64,000 nt of DNA, taken from NCBI RefSeq assembly GCF_018350175.1, contig NC_058368.1:203362001-203426000 (forward strand), given 5' to 3'. Shown piece after piece: positions 40,106-53,366 of this stretch; position 1 is the stretch's first letter, and each line of letters opens with the position of its first letter. A program made the position numbers and the translations under genes. Under the pieces are notes generated by a model. The model was not told where the DNA came from. It ran no database searches and saw only the letters and a list, made by a program, of their open reading frames with translations. This DNA comes from Felis catus (lineage: Eukaryota).

Positions 40106-42099
40106 GTCACATCACAAGTGGCTCAAATATAGCCACAGTAAGCATATTTTAAAACCAGTAGTCATGTTTTCCACACTGATTAAGAAAATAAACCTTGACT
40201 GTGCCTTGGCTCCCCTAAGCAATCTCAACTACCTTGTACAACAACATCTTGAAAAGCTACAGAATACAGAAAGAAAGAAAACTAAAATTAAGAGTAGAAC
40301 TAGGAGAGAAAAAAGCAAACCAACACCAGGTATTATAAATATGCTGACTTTTAATAATGCTGGATTTTAAAATAAACTTTTGGCTGTGGTTTACGTAGTT
40401 TGGCCACTCATATCTATTAGAGGTACACATGTGTTTGTCATTTAAGGGCATATGCTGAATGCCTGACCTCATGATAGGTTTTTGCATTCAAATTTATAAG
40501 TACTTGTACTGGACAGGTTCGTAAGGAAAACTCCCAGATTAACTATCAATTTGTTGCTTGTATTTAGAGTCTTTAATTCTATTTAGGTGGAAACTTTGAA
40601 ATGGGTCAGAACCAAGTTTACCAGATGGAACTTAAACTATGTCCACTGCTAGGGTTAAATATGTCTGGACATTAATTGGTGGGGCTCACCAAAGTTCTAC
40701 AGAACTTCATTTGTATTAGGCTTGAAGAGCCTCCCAAGAGACGATTGTTATGAACCAGGTATGTGAGATGGCCTTCATCTTCAAAGTAGACTAGGGGTAT
40801 TGAGTACAGCGTGGCACTTGTCAGTCAAAAATAAAACAAGTCCTACTTCTGGGAAGCATTTCTTGGAAAATAACACCAGAAAGATCTAGTCCCATGCATC
40901 TATTTAACTATGGGAAACCTGTGAAATACAATTCTCTGTGTCATCCAAGAAGGAAAGGAGAAACAGTGAGCACAACTCATGTCTATAGAGAAGTGCTATT
41001 ATTTTCATTTTTATGTTGACTTTGCAACAGGTCACTTTTCCAAATTCTCTTAAAATTTTTGGTTTCAGTCATTTATGATCTTGGATTTCATATGTAGATA
41101 TTATCTAAAATAATATCAATTTTGTCTATTTCTTTCATTTTCTTTACTTCTTCACCCCCTAATATTATTGAACTTGTTCCAGGAAAGGTATAATTTTATC
41201 TTGTTCGCCAGTTTAATAGAAATGCTTCCAGAGTTTCACCAGAAAATGTGTCTTTTACTATAGGTTATTATTTGCTACCTTTTATAAGTCTAAAGAAATT
41301 CCCATACAGTTCCTGTTTGTTAAGGGTTTTTGCAATAAGTAATTATTGACTTTTTCAAAATCTTAGTCTTCTTTGAATGTATGTTTTTCTCTGATCATCT
41401 TTGAAAGTAGTGAATTATACTGATGGATATTTTTATAATACTGCTTCATCCCTGTACTCCTAGGATATAGTCTATTAGGTAATGCTGTATGTATGCATGT
41501 GTGTGTATGAGTCTAAATGTGTGTTAACATATGGTTAGATTTAATTTAACATTTTAGTTAGGACTTTTGTTAAATGAAATTGGCTAATTGGCTTTGTCTG
41601 GTTTGAGTATCAAGGTCATGCTGTCCTGCTAAATGGTCTTTTGTAGCTGTCTTTTCTTATCCAGAAAAAAGTTAGATATAACACAGAAATCTCATTCATG
41701 AAATTTTACCAAAACTTACCTGTAACATCATTTGATCTTGGCAGGCCAAAAATGGAAAGATTTTTGACTATGGGTGCAATTCTTATATGTTGTTTTTTCC
41801 TTTTAGGTTTTTTTAAAACATGTTTATCGATTTTGGTAATTTATGTTTCCAAAAATTATTGATTTCATCTAGTTTTTCACATGTATAAAGTTGTTCACAA
41901 CATTCTCTTTTTTAAATTTTCTGCGCTACTTTGCCTAGGCAACCCATTTTATTCCTATTTTTCTCCACTCTTTTAATTTTTGTAATCTTGCCAGGGTTTT
42001 ATCTCTCATTGTTTAAGGAAAACAAAGGGCTTTAGGTTTTGTTAATATTTGCTTTTTCATTTGTTAGTTTGTTCATTAATTTACCCCTCTTATTTTCTT

Positions 42100-42325
42100 C
42101 TATTTATTTATTTTTAAATGTTTACTTATTTTGAGAGAGAGAGGGAAAGAAGGAGAGAGAGTGTGAGCAGGGAAGGGCAGAGAGAGAGGGAGAGAGAGAA
42201 TCCCCAGCAGATTTGTGCTGCCAGCGCAGAGCCAATGGGGGTTTGACCCACGAACTGTGAGATCATGACCTGAGCTGAAATCAAGAGTGGGATGCTCAAA
42301 CGACTGAGCCACCCAAAGTCCCCTA
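42100..42325 (-). mobile_element. Can-SINE
   Basis: (GA)n tract, gagatcatgacctgagctgaaatcaagagt. Confidence 0.9.
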
Positions 42326-42394
42326 CTGACTTCTGGAGTTGATTATTCAGCTTACTTATCATCAGTATTTCTTGTTTTCTAAGAAATAAATTTA

Positions 42395-42615
42395 GGGGCG
42401 CCTGGGTGGCGCAGTCGGTTAAGCGTCTGACTTCAGCCAGGTCACGATCTCGCGGTCCATGAGTTCGAGCCCCGCGTCAGGCTCTGGGCTGATGGCTCAG
42501 AGCCTGGAGCCTGTTTCCGATTCTGTGTCTCCCTCTCTCTCTGCCCCTCCCTTGTTCATGCTCTGTCTCTCTCTGTCCCAAAAATAAATAAACGTTGAAA
42601 AAAAATAAAAAAAAA
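42395..42615 (+). mobile_element. Young SINEC_Fc-type SINE
   Basis: ggggcgcctgggtggcgcagtcgg head; TSD aagaaa(t/g)aaattta at 42381-42394 and 42616-42629. Confidence 0.95.
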
Positions 42616-42862
42616 AAGAAAGAAATTTAAGGTAATAATTTTACTCTAAAGTGATATAAAGATCACAGAATTGTTCTAATGATTTTTATAAACCATGCAT
42701 TAATGAGAAGTCTATAAAGTTTCAAATATATAGGGAATTTGGTCACTATTTTATAGCTGCTGGTATTTAATTTTAAAGCATCATGTTCAGAAAAAGTAGT
42801 CTGTAAAATCCTAATATTTGGAACTTGTTGAGATTCCCTTTATGGCCTAATATGCCATCATG

Positions 42863-43080
42863 GTTTTTTTTTATTTTTTTTTTAATGTTTATTTTTGAGA
42901 GAGACAGAGACAGAGTATGAGCTGGGGTGGGGAAGAGAGAAAGGGAGACACAGAATCGGAAGCAGGCTCCAGGCTCTGAGCTGCCAGCACAGAACCCGAT
43001 GTGAGGTTCAAACTCACAAACCAGTGAGATCATGACCTGAGCTGAAGTTGGACGCTTAACTGACTGAGCCACCCAGGCAC
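42863..43080 (-). mobile_element. Can-SINE
   Basis: Full body and T tail. Confidence 0.92.
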
Positions 43081-43159
43081 ACACACCCCCTTTAAAAAAA
43101 ATTATTTTTAATGTTTATTTATTTTTTACTGTTTTACACACACACACACATATATATAT

Positions 43160-43383
43160 AATTTTTTATATTTTTTTAACATTTATTCATTATTGAGAGA
43201 CAGAGATAGACACAGCATAAGCATGGGAGGGGCAGAGAGAAGACGAGACACAGAATCCGAAGCAGGCTCCAGGCTCTGAGCTGTCAGCACAGAGCCAGAT
43301 GCGGGGCTCGAACTCACCAACTATGAGATCATGACCTGAGTCGAAGTCGGATGCTTAACTGGCTGAGCCACCCAGGCGCCCCT
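43160..43383 (-). mobile_element. Can-SINE
   Basis: Full body ending gagccacccaggcgcccc. Confidence 0.92.
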
Positions 43384-43865
43384 ATATATTTTTTAAACAT
43401 GTTGACCAGTTTTAGTAAAGTACATATTTTTAGGAAATTGTCAATGTTATCTAGGTTTTCAAATTTATACCCATAAAATATTTTTCAGGTATGTTTTTAC
43501 ACAATGTGTGTTCTGTTTTGGCCCTGCAAATATCTATGTGTATCTCTAGGTCAGAGTTACCAGTTACATCACTAAACCATTTATGTCAATAATTTTTTCT
43601 TATCTGTTGGTTCTCTGGGATTATAATCTCCTGGCATGATTATGAAGTTCTAATTAATTCTCTGTAATTCTGTTAAATATTTCTTGATCTATTTATTTCC
43701 AGTTTCTGATGTTAGGTCCATGAAGGTCTGTAAAGATCACATGTTCTTGGTGGATTACTTCACTTATGCACAAAAATTTTCCCCTTTGTTCTTTGTAAAG
43801 TTTTTCACAGTAAATTTGGTTCTGCCATTTATTACTACCCTCCAGCTTTCTTAAAATTAGCACCT

Positions 43866-44230
43866 CAAAGGGTGTTCCTGCAATTCCTGGGGGTCACTAA
43901 CACTCTTTCAGAGGTTCTGTGAGGGCAAAACTGTTTTCTAAATAATATTAAAATGTTCTTTTTCTCTTTTATTCTCAATGTCTCACCAGTAACTGTGGGG
44001 TTTTCCAGAGACTGCATGGCATGTGACATGACAACAGGTTGAATGTAGATGCAGATGTGAGAATCCAGCTGCCCTCTATAAACCAAGAATGAAAGATTTG
44101 CAAAAATGTTAATTAATGCAACTCTTCACACTAATTAATCCATTTTTTGTATTGGAAATGTAGTCACTTTTCAAAAAAGTTATTTATACCAACATATAAT
44201 GGATTTTTCTTGTTATCTTCAAAAAGGTAC
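43866..44230. mobile_element. hAT-Charlie DNA transposon fragment
   Basis: ctgggggtc...ctctttcagagg...gggttttccagag...gcagatgtgagaatccagctg. Confidence 0.6.
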
Positions 44231-44395
44231 TAAAGAGCATTTATTTTACCTTTTTCCTAGCATCTATTCAATCAACCATATTTTCCTCTACCAATCTATT
44301 TCTAAAAATACTAATTGCCATTTTTATAGTCTAAATGTAAAGACGAACGTATTTCTTTTAAAAATCAGTTTCCTTATTTTAAAAAAATGTGGAGA

Positions 44396-44612
44396 GGGGC
44401 GCCTGGGTGGCTCAGTCAGTTAAGCGTCCGACTTCAGCTCAGGTCACGATCTCGCAGTCCGTGAGTTCCAGCCCCGCGTCGGGCTCTGGGCTGATGGCTC
44501 AGAGCCTGGAGCCTGCTTCCGATTCTGTGTCTCCCTCTCTCTCTGCCCCTCCCCCATTCATGCTGTCTCTCTCTGTCTCAAAAATAAATAAAAACGTTAA
44601 GAAAAAAAATTT
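44396..44612 (+). mobile_element. SINEC_Fc-type SINE
   Basis: Perfect TSD aaaaaaatgtggaga at 44381-44395 and 44613-44627. Confidence 0.95.
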
Positions 44613-46475
44613 AAAAAAATGTGGAGAATTCTGCACTATTTTACATCTTAACAGTCCAACTGCAGCTCCATTTCCCTCAGCACCCGCATTCCATATATAT
44701 TTGTTGTGGGATGTTTTTGGTATATGTTTATTCTGCCATTGTTTTTCAGTAGTCATGGCATTTTCCCAATTATAGACAATTCTTGCCTTAAAGGAAACTC
44801 TGGTACCTGATGTTAAAATAATAAAAAATATTTCCCCTTATAGGCTTAATAGCTTCATAGTTTCTTAAAAACAAACTCAAAAAGCATGAACTTAGTCTAA
44901 TGTTTAAGTCTAACATTTAACCAATGTTAATCTAATACATCCAGTGTGATACATCCAGTCTTCCAGTCTGATTTTCCACTATGCCCCTATTCAAAATACA
45001 CACTTCAACCAAACTAGATTAACGACTATTTCCTAGATGTGTTCCATCATTTACCATCCCTACATCTATTCTCTACTTCTATGTTGAATTCCCTCCTCGA
45101 TCTTCAAACTTCTATAACCAACTTGAACCACGATGTGGTACAAAGTCCCTTCCACAAAGTCTTCCCTGAGAAGCCCATATGGAAGCAATTCCCATGTACT
45201 GAATTCTTAAGCATTTTGTATCATTCAAAATGTAGGTATATTATGCTGCATTGCTTGTGGTTATTTGTAGTTATCTCCTCAATTACATTGTTAAATTCTT
45301 TGAGGGCAGAAATTATTTAACCCATCTTTGAGTCTCCCATATCACTAAACACAAGATTATTTAGAAAGTATAAAAACTAATAATTTTCAGGAATATAACA
45401 GTCAAAAACAACTGGCATAGAGTTAAGCAATTACTTTTTGGTTTCTGATGTCAGATCATGATGCCTTCCTGATATAGAAGAAATATTCTTAGCACACGGT
45501 GGATACCCTTGGGTCTGGGTATATTAAAGGGTCATTCCACCAGGCAAGAAAAAAATTGCAGCTTGGCAGTGGGGGTGGCGGGGCGAGGTGAGGCGTCTCC
45601 TACATCCATGCTCTGCATTCAAGCTTCAAGAAGAAACAGAAAGGGTGGCTGCCTTACCTATCACCATGGCCTCTTTTTCTTCTGCCATCCACCAAATCAT
45701 CTTAGGGCACTATTGCAAAAGACCTAATGAATCACTACTTGCTAAACTTATTAGCAACCTTAGTCCAAGGAAATGCTTTTAAAGTACTGCAAAAACATTT
45801 TTCAATAACATTTAATGCTTTTTTTATCAGTACCCATAATGCATGTCCAAAAAGGAAAGAAATAAAGCAAATTATTGAAATGCAGTGCACCTACCTTGCA
45901 TAGTACATTTGCTACAGTGATTTTATTTATCCTGACTTCCTCCATTTTCACAAACACATATGACCATCAAAACTGCAGAATGTATTCATTTATGTACAGC
46001 ATACCTTACAAAGAGTTTCTATAGTCCACTTCTCCAAATACATCATCTGCTATCTTTAGTTCAACAAATGATTATGAAGTACCTATTTTCCAGAGACTAT
46101 ATTAGGCAATAAGTATGTAAACATGAATAAAACACAATCCTTTTTCTTGGTGTGCTGGAGGCAGTAGAGGAAATGAACACCTAAAGAGGTGTCAATCTAA
46201 TGTGGTTAGGTCTCTGATAAGATGTATTATGACACATGTATGTTTCAAGAAAGGCTTACACGATGAGCTCATCTCTGGCCAAATGCTTGAAGGTGAGTAT
46301 AAATTAGCCAGATGATTGTAAGTCACTTCAGATTGAAGTGCAAAGTACCATTCTATGGATAGCCTTTTAGTATCCCTAAAAGGCTGTGAGGAGTACCAGG
46401 AATTGGGACTAGTTGGTTAGGTGATGAACAGAACCTTGTATTGCATGATAATAAGCTGAGAGTTAAGTTATGGTT

Positions 46476-46755
46476 AGCATCTTCCAAACTGTGTTACAGA
46501 GGAAGACTAGAATTCTACAGAATATAGAGTTTCTCTTGGGGAAAAAAAAAGTTCTACAGTCAAAATCATCTCCTTTTCAGTGATTCACATTGAGAATTTT
46601 ACAGGCTATGAAAAGTCCTGAAGTCAAGAAGCTGGCTTCAAGTAACCCAGCAGTTCCCAGATTTATTTGGCTTCTAATCATTTTTTCACCAAATAGCTGT
46701 TAACATCCCATGTGACTCAAGTGTTTTACAAAACACAGTTTGGGCAATACTGGAT
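46476..46755. mobile_element. hAT-Charlie MITE-like remnant within L2 fragments
   Basis: Ends agcatcttccaaactgtg and cacagtttgggcaatactg are imperfect inverted repeats. Confidence 0.6.
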
Positions 46756-47634
46756 ATAAGCAATGGAGTAGCTACTGGGCTTATCACTTTACATATATGT
46801 TGATGAATTTGGACTTTATTTGGCATTCAATAAGGGACCATCAACACTGGTCCAGCAGGAAAATGGCTTGACTGAAGCCAAGACTCGGGAATGTAAGTCA
46901 ACAAGGATGTAAGGAGGGATTGGAGGGGAGACAGGCAGGAGGCTGGAACACCAGTGAGGAGAATTCATTCTTGGAACAGTTCAAAATATAAAACTATAAA
47001 CATATGTTTTGGAAATGTTTCTAGATTTAATAAATTCTATGATAATATACTAGGGAGATTTCTTTGAAAATCCATAACAGATGCCGGTAAGAGTACTATC
47101 TACCTTATCATCAATTAACGTATATTTGGGATCTCCAGGGAACATTATGCATGTACATAACAACCAAAAACAAATTGCAACAGGCTTGCCTTGTTGTCAA
47201 ACTAGAGAAAAAATGACCAAGATAAGAATAATTAATTTCAGGTGGATTAAATTACTGTAGTCAGTCATTATTCAACTATTTATTAAGCACCCACAGGGTG
47301 CACAGCACTTTACTAGATCCTTATAAAAATCCACATATTAATAACAGAGGTTTTTTTCCACCAAAGTAATATGTAGTTGGCATTGAGCTCCCTGTGGCTC
47401 AATGCATACAGAAGAGACCAGTCACCAGTGAACAGCCATTAAACAATTCTGCTCAGTGTCCAATCAAAGAAACCAGACCTTTAAACCTTTCATCATCGAG
47501 AGGTATTGAACTAGATAAATTACAACGTTTAAAAAATATATGTTTAGGATTAGGGGGAAACCTTGGAATAACTCAGAAAATCTGGGCCACAACCAATTCT
47601 GGCACTTCAAAACTAGGCTAATAAATAATTTATA

Positions 47635-49980
47635 TATTCATTCTGTCAACTAAAAATATATAATTTGAGCACAAATACATGTTGGCACTGAACAAGGCAC
47701 TGAGAATACAGCAGTGAACAAAATTTTCTCAAACCGTTGCCTTGTGGAGGTTGAATTCTGGCAATAGAGACAGACCTTAAAAGTAGGAATAGGTATTGAT
47801 ATGCATGTAGACAGAGGTACATACAGACATAGGTATTAGTGTGATAAATACAATAAAGAGAAATTAGACAGTAGAGAAATAGATGCTTCCAAATGTTGGG
47901 GGAACTTGAGACAAAAATATTTCAGGCAGAAAAAAATAGGAGGTGCAAAGGCCCTGAGGCAGGACATCTGTGGCTAAATTAGAATGAAAAAGAGAAGGAG
48001 CAGAATGAGGTGAAAACTTGCAAAACATAGATCATTTGGGGCCATCATAATGAGTCTAGCTTTTCTCTGGGTATGTTAGCACATCGCGGAGTGGGGGATG
48101 GTTTGAAGAGAAGGGATATAGATTCTAACATTACTTTAAAGGATCACTGTGGCTGCTGTATTTAGAGACTGAAGTGAAGGGTGGGTGGGGACAATGGCAG
48201 AAGTAGGCAAACTAGTCAGAAGACTTATGCAGTAATAAAGTGAGAAATGGTAGAGACCTGGATGTAGGAGGTAATAGCAGAAAAGTGGTCTGATTTGAGA
48301 TACATTTTGATGGTAGTGCTGACAAGATTTGCTGGTGGAGGAGCCAAGAATGACTTAGTCTTTGGCTTGAGCAACTGGACACACGCAATTGCCAGCTAAT
48401 GAAATGTGGAAGATTGTAGGTGGAAGGAGATTTGGGGAGGAAGACTGAGTCCATTTTTGGACATAGTAAGTATATGATGCCTATTCAGCATCCAACTGGA
48501 GATATCAAGTAGGCAGATGCCTATACGAGTTTAGAGATCAGGGAAGAGTCCAAGGCTGAAGATAGAAAATTAGGACTGAATGATATCACTAAGAATGAGA
48601 GTAGAGATAAAGAAAGGATAAAGGACTGAGCCCTGGGCAGCGCCAAAATCTAGAAGTCAGGAAACAATAAGAAGCCAGTAAGATAGACTGAGAAAGAATA
48701 GCCAATTAAATAGAAAACCAGGGTAGGGTGATATCCAGAAAGCCAATTGAAGAAGCTGTTTCAAGAAAGATAAATGAAATTGTCAATTTGTGTCAAATGC
48801 GGCTGATAGATCAAGCAAAATAATTGACTGTTATCAATAGTATTGACTATTGCATTTAGGAACAGCAAGCTAACTGATGACGTTGACCAAAAGAAAAGTT
48901 TTAGTGGAGAGCTAGAGGCAAAAGCCTTTGGGAGGGGATTTAATAAAGAGGAAAGAAGAAATTGGAGGCAAATATAGACAACTTCTTCAAGTTATGAGCA
49001 AGAGAGAAATGGGAGAGATCACACTACATTGTATGTTGAATCCAATACAAAGAGAAAAACTGATCATGTGAGAGAGAGAGAGAGAGAGGAGAATTTTCAG
49101 AATTTCCAGAGTCTTTAAGTAGGATATAAAAATGGCATCTAGTGCCCAAAAGAAGCGGTTGGACTTAAAGGAGTAAGGACAGTTCATATTTCCCAATAGG
49201 AAAAAGGTACCTAGATATAGGTATATGGATATATGTGTATGGGGAAGAGATACTTTCTCATTGCTAGTATACTTTATCTAGGAAATAGTGAGTGAGGTCA
49301 TCAACTGAGACTTTTCATCGGAAAAGAGGATGTGCTGGAGATGTTTAGAAATTTGAGTAGAGAGAAGAATAGTTGCCTAAAGGGACAGGAAAATATAGTA
49401 TTGTCAGGCAGTCCCATGGTCGTACTTGAGATTAATGGTTTTTAATTTAAGGTAAGACCATTAGCATGATTTTGTTTTGTTTTGTTTTGCAGTCAAGTTG
49501 AATATGTTAAAGCTTAAAAGGAGTAGATGAAGAGTTGAGCTTGGCCAGTGATGAGCTTTTGGAAGGTGAGAATGAGAAATTTCAAAGTACAGGATCATAG
49601 AAGACCAATTCAAAGGGGTGACTATTGATGGGCCATCGAATTCAGGACTGGTAAGAAGGACATGAGGATGTGAGGAGGGTCAGGAAAGAGCAGGAGAATC
49701 AGATGGGTTGTAGATCCTAGTGGGATCAAAAATTCATTAATGTTTGAGTACCAACGGAAGTGAAATTGAAAGGGAATGGATGATAATGACAAGTGGGGTG
49801 CTCACAACTGATACTGCGGTGAATTAGCAATTTTCAATAATGGCAGGGTTTCAGAGTTTTAAGATCATGGGACCAAATGGTGAAAAGGGAGGAAATGGTT
49901 GGAAGAGACAAGGCCAAAGGCCTGAAAAGTCAGGATATTGAAAGGATTCTATGCATGGCTACTGAAATTACATAGTTTTC
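47635..49980 (-). mobile_element. Long L2 remnant
   Basis: gaatacagcagtgaacaa, gtgcaaaggccctgaggcagg, ggatcactgtggctgctg, tttggcttgagcaactgg, ggactgagccctggg, gtgtcaaatgcggctgatag. Confidence 0.8.
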
Positions 49981-50107
49981 CCCCAGAGTTGAAAATAGAA
50001 GAAAATTAATACTGGGAAGGTTTGGGTAGAAGAAGAGAAAGAAGCAAGTGGAGTAAAGCAATAGGAGTTAGCAGCTGAGACTACTTGGTTTTTATCATAG
50101 AGTTGGA

Positions 50108-50222
50108 GAACAGCTTTCAACAAATTTCAATATACATGTTACATGTGGATCATGAGGGAACTTATTAAACTCAAGAAACTGATTCAGTTGATCTGGAGTA
50201 GGGGTTGAGATTCTGCAATTAC
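50108..50222. mobile_element. MER5A-like fragment
   Basis: ctgattcagttgatctggagtaggggttgagattctgca. Confidence 0.6.
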
Positions 50223-50356
50223 AGTACAGAAAGTGTAGTAAGAGAGAGAGAGGGAAGGATTAGACGAAGATTTAAGTTTAGAGAATACCAAATATCTTTC
50301 AGCAAAACTCAACTCCTTCTTGCCTTCATTTTTTGTTTTTCTTATTTTCTTCCTAG

Positions 50357-50420
50357 GTTCACAGGAACCAACTAGACTGTCATTCAAATATGAACAGAGA
50401 AAAGGAAAGAATCCAAGATG
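50357..50420 (+). other. Candidate 64-bp spliced exon (unknown transcript)
   Basis: AG-free polypyrimidine tract 50303-50354, cctag| acceptor, ATG|GTAAGA donor. Confidence 0.35.
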
Positions 50421-51733
50421 GTAAGATGATTCAGCTATGAGATTTATTATTAGTGATGTCTGGTACAAGAGAAGCTGTTTTAAATGTATGTTTAAAAAGC
50501 AGTACTTTGCAAATTAATATTTTATTTAGGGCATAAAACCAAAAAGGAAAAATTTTAATCTTCCCAGAAGGAGTTACTGATGTTCTTTGCTTCTATCCTA
50601 AACAGACTTCCTGGTAGAAACTTATGTTACTTTTCATTTATTTGTTTAAAGAAAATAGGCCTCAAGGAAACGAAGATTGTGGGCAGATGTGGTTCATCAA
50701 GATTAAGAAGAAATGATTCTGATACTAATGAAAATCTATTTCCTAAAGGATAAGAAACTCAATATATAAAGCAGGTTTGCAAAAAAATACATGAACTATC
50801 ATTAGCTAAAGTTTTGGATCAGGCCACTTCATAGTGCTCTAAAGGAAGAAGACTGTGTTAACCTGCAACATGCTTCTCCTGTTATGGTCAATAGAAAAGA
50901 AACAACGTATTTGGACCCCAGATAACTCCCTTTAGTTGCCTCTGCTGCTGGTTAGGAGAAAAAGAATCAGAGAAAAATAGAGTTAAATCCTAATGAAAAA
51001 TTGCAGGTCTTAGAGATTATGAATTGGATTGATGAGTTTTTGTTTCCTGAAGGACAACATGCAGATTAAAGAGCTTTTAACTGTTCTTGATGCAATCAAA
51101 AGGTTATGGTCGTCTGCTAAAAACTCAGTTTCAGCCACAGTTTATGTAAGTTGTTCACATTACTCACTCAGTAATGATGTACTTGGCCCCACTGTTTGTG
51201 GTCTGGTTCTCATTTGTTTGGTATTACATTCCAAGACTGCAATGACTCAGAAATGTTCCTTATTTTTTACAGTAAGAAGAAATAGCATGCTTTGCCTGAA
51301 ACATCTCAAGTTTAATCACTTGTCTGTGGTCTTCCCACAATCTATCCAAGCAGGTGTATATAAGTGAAGGCTTCCACATATTGCATTTCTCTGAGCAGAA
51401 AACTGCTGAAGTTAGCTTCTTATACTCATGTGACATTAACAGAAAATTTAAACCCTTTTTACAATATGTAAATATATTGAATATATATTCAATATATAAA
51501 TATAGTGAATAGTGTATAATATTCACTCTTATCAGAGTGTTAGCAAGTAGGCTTTTCAGAATACAAGAAAATTCTCCAGAATAAAAAGTATTAAATATTT
51601 ATGAAACCTCTATCAAGCACGTATGAGGGAACATGAAAGTTGTACTTAAATCTATTTGAAGAGAAGTTATGTTCAAGAGATATGAGAACTGTTGTGCACC
51701 AGCATGGAAGATAGAAGTAGGGGCAACATATTA

Positions 51734-51735
<2 letters not shown>

Positions 51736-51779
<44 letters not shown>
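51736..51779. repeat. (CA)n microsatellite
   Basis: Perfect AC run. Confidence 0.95.
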
Positions 51780-51781
<2 letters not shown>

Positions 51782-52349
51782 TCTTGAATTCTAGCAGAGA
51801 GTTAATAGGTATTCATTAAGTGAAAAGAAGAATGTTCTCTCACAACTTAACACTATTCCTACATTTACCCTTCATAAGCTGTTGGGTCACCTGATTTTTC
51901 CTCCTGTCATGGTGGTTTAGAGCACTCTCCTCTACCAGCCAGTAACAGAATGTGAGTTCTGGCAGAAATAGAGGGACATCTTTAAGGTATTCTCTTCCAC
52001 ATAAACATGTTTAGATGAGGACTGGCCCAAAGCATACTAAATATAATTGAGTATAAGTGTGCATTAACTTATAGTCAGAATTTGTTTCTTATATAAAATC
52101 ATCACTCAATAAGATTAGAAGGAAGTAAAATACATGGCAATAGAATTTTGATCAGGGAAGGAAATTTGGGGAGACAAAAAACAAAATGCTGCCCACAGAA
52201 GAAAGACTTGGTTAATCTTTCTAGAACCTATCTTCAGAGTGGCACCAGATGTCTGGGATGACAGACTTTACTGTAGACAGTTTGCTGTCTTTTTTCCCCC
52301 TCAGGCACGGCCCTGCCAATGATTTTCAAAAAGTATTTCAGAAAAACTT

Positions 52350-52566
52350 GGGGCGCCTGGGTGGCTCAGTAGGTTGAGTGTCCGACTTCGGCTCGGGTCA
52401 TGATCTCACGGTCTGTGAATTGGAGCCCCGCGTCAGGCTCTGTGCCGACAGCTCGGAGCCTGGAGCATGTTTTGGATTCTGTGTCTCCCTCTCTCTCTGA
52501 CCCTCCCCCGTTCATGCTCTGTCTCAAAAAAATAAATAAACATTAAAAAAATTAAAAAAAAAAGAA
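52350..52566 (+). mobile_element. Can-SINE
   Basis: TSD agaaaaactt at 52340-52349 and 52567-52576. Confidence 0.93.
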
Positions 52567-53146
52567 AGAAAAACTTTGGGGAATGGAATTCTAAGTCTTG
52601 TTGGGAGTTCAAATAAACCAACTAAAAGTCAAAGGAAAGGAATCCAGTGCCATTTTCTTAATTACTTGAAATTCCCCTAATTCTACATGGACTGTTCTGA
52701 ATCTGGAAAGACTTTGTAAGGCCACATTTTTATAGTCAATGTTCACCTCAAGTAAGTTCTCTGAGGTAAGACTACTCTTGCTTATTCAGATCATTTAGAG
52801 TTAAAATAAACCTGAGTTACAAAGGGGAAGTGAAAAAGTAGCAGTAACTTATTGAACTAAAGACTTATTTTTCTCTCTCTGAAGTGTAACTATTGTAGCA
52901 TAACCTCTAGGTGTGTCAAGATCTTGATTATTTTGAAAATTGTAGCAGAGATGTTCTTTCTCAATATTTGTGTGGTGCCAGAATATCTAGTTATGGCTTC
53001 CTTTCCTGAGGTACCAGAGAAAGAACCTGTCCGAAAGAAAAAAAAAAATCAATAGATGAGACAAGAAGAGTCGATGGGTATTGCATTTCTTTCAGCTGGA
53101 CTTTCCAGACTTCCCACGCTATCCTTGAATTAGAAATGAACTCTTA

Positions 53147-53366
53147 GGGGCACCTGGGTGGCTCAGTTGGTTGAGCAGCCAACTTTGGCTCAGGTCATGA
53201 TCTCACTGTTTGTGAGTTCGAGCCCTGCGTCAGGCTCTGTGCTGACAGTTCAGAGCCTGGAGCCTGCTTCTGGTTCTGTGTCTCCCTCTCTCTCTGCCCC
53301 TCCCCCACTCATTCTCTGTCTCTATCTCAGAAATAAATAAACATTAAAAAATTAAAAAAAAAAAAA
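53147..53366 (+). mobile_element. Can-SINE
   Basis: Perfect TSD agaaatgaactctta at 53132-53146 and 53367-53381. Confidence 0.95.

Larger units (their letters stand above)
41160..43860 (-). mobile_element. Ancient, highly degraded L1 ORF2 (L1M-type) interrupted by four SINEs
   Basis: T-rich antisense L1 motifs (aatgcttccagagtttcacc, gtctggtttgagtatcaagg, atttcatctagtttttc, tttatggcctaatatg). Confidence 0.65.
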
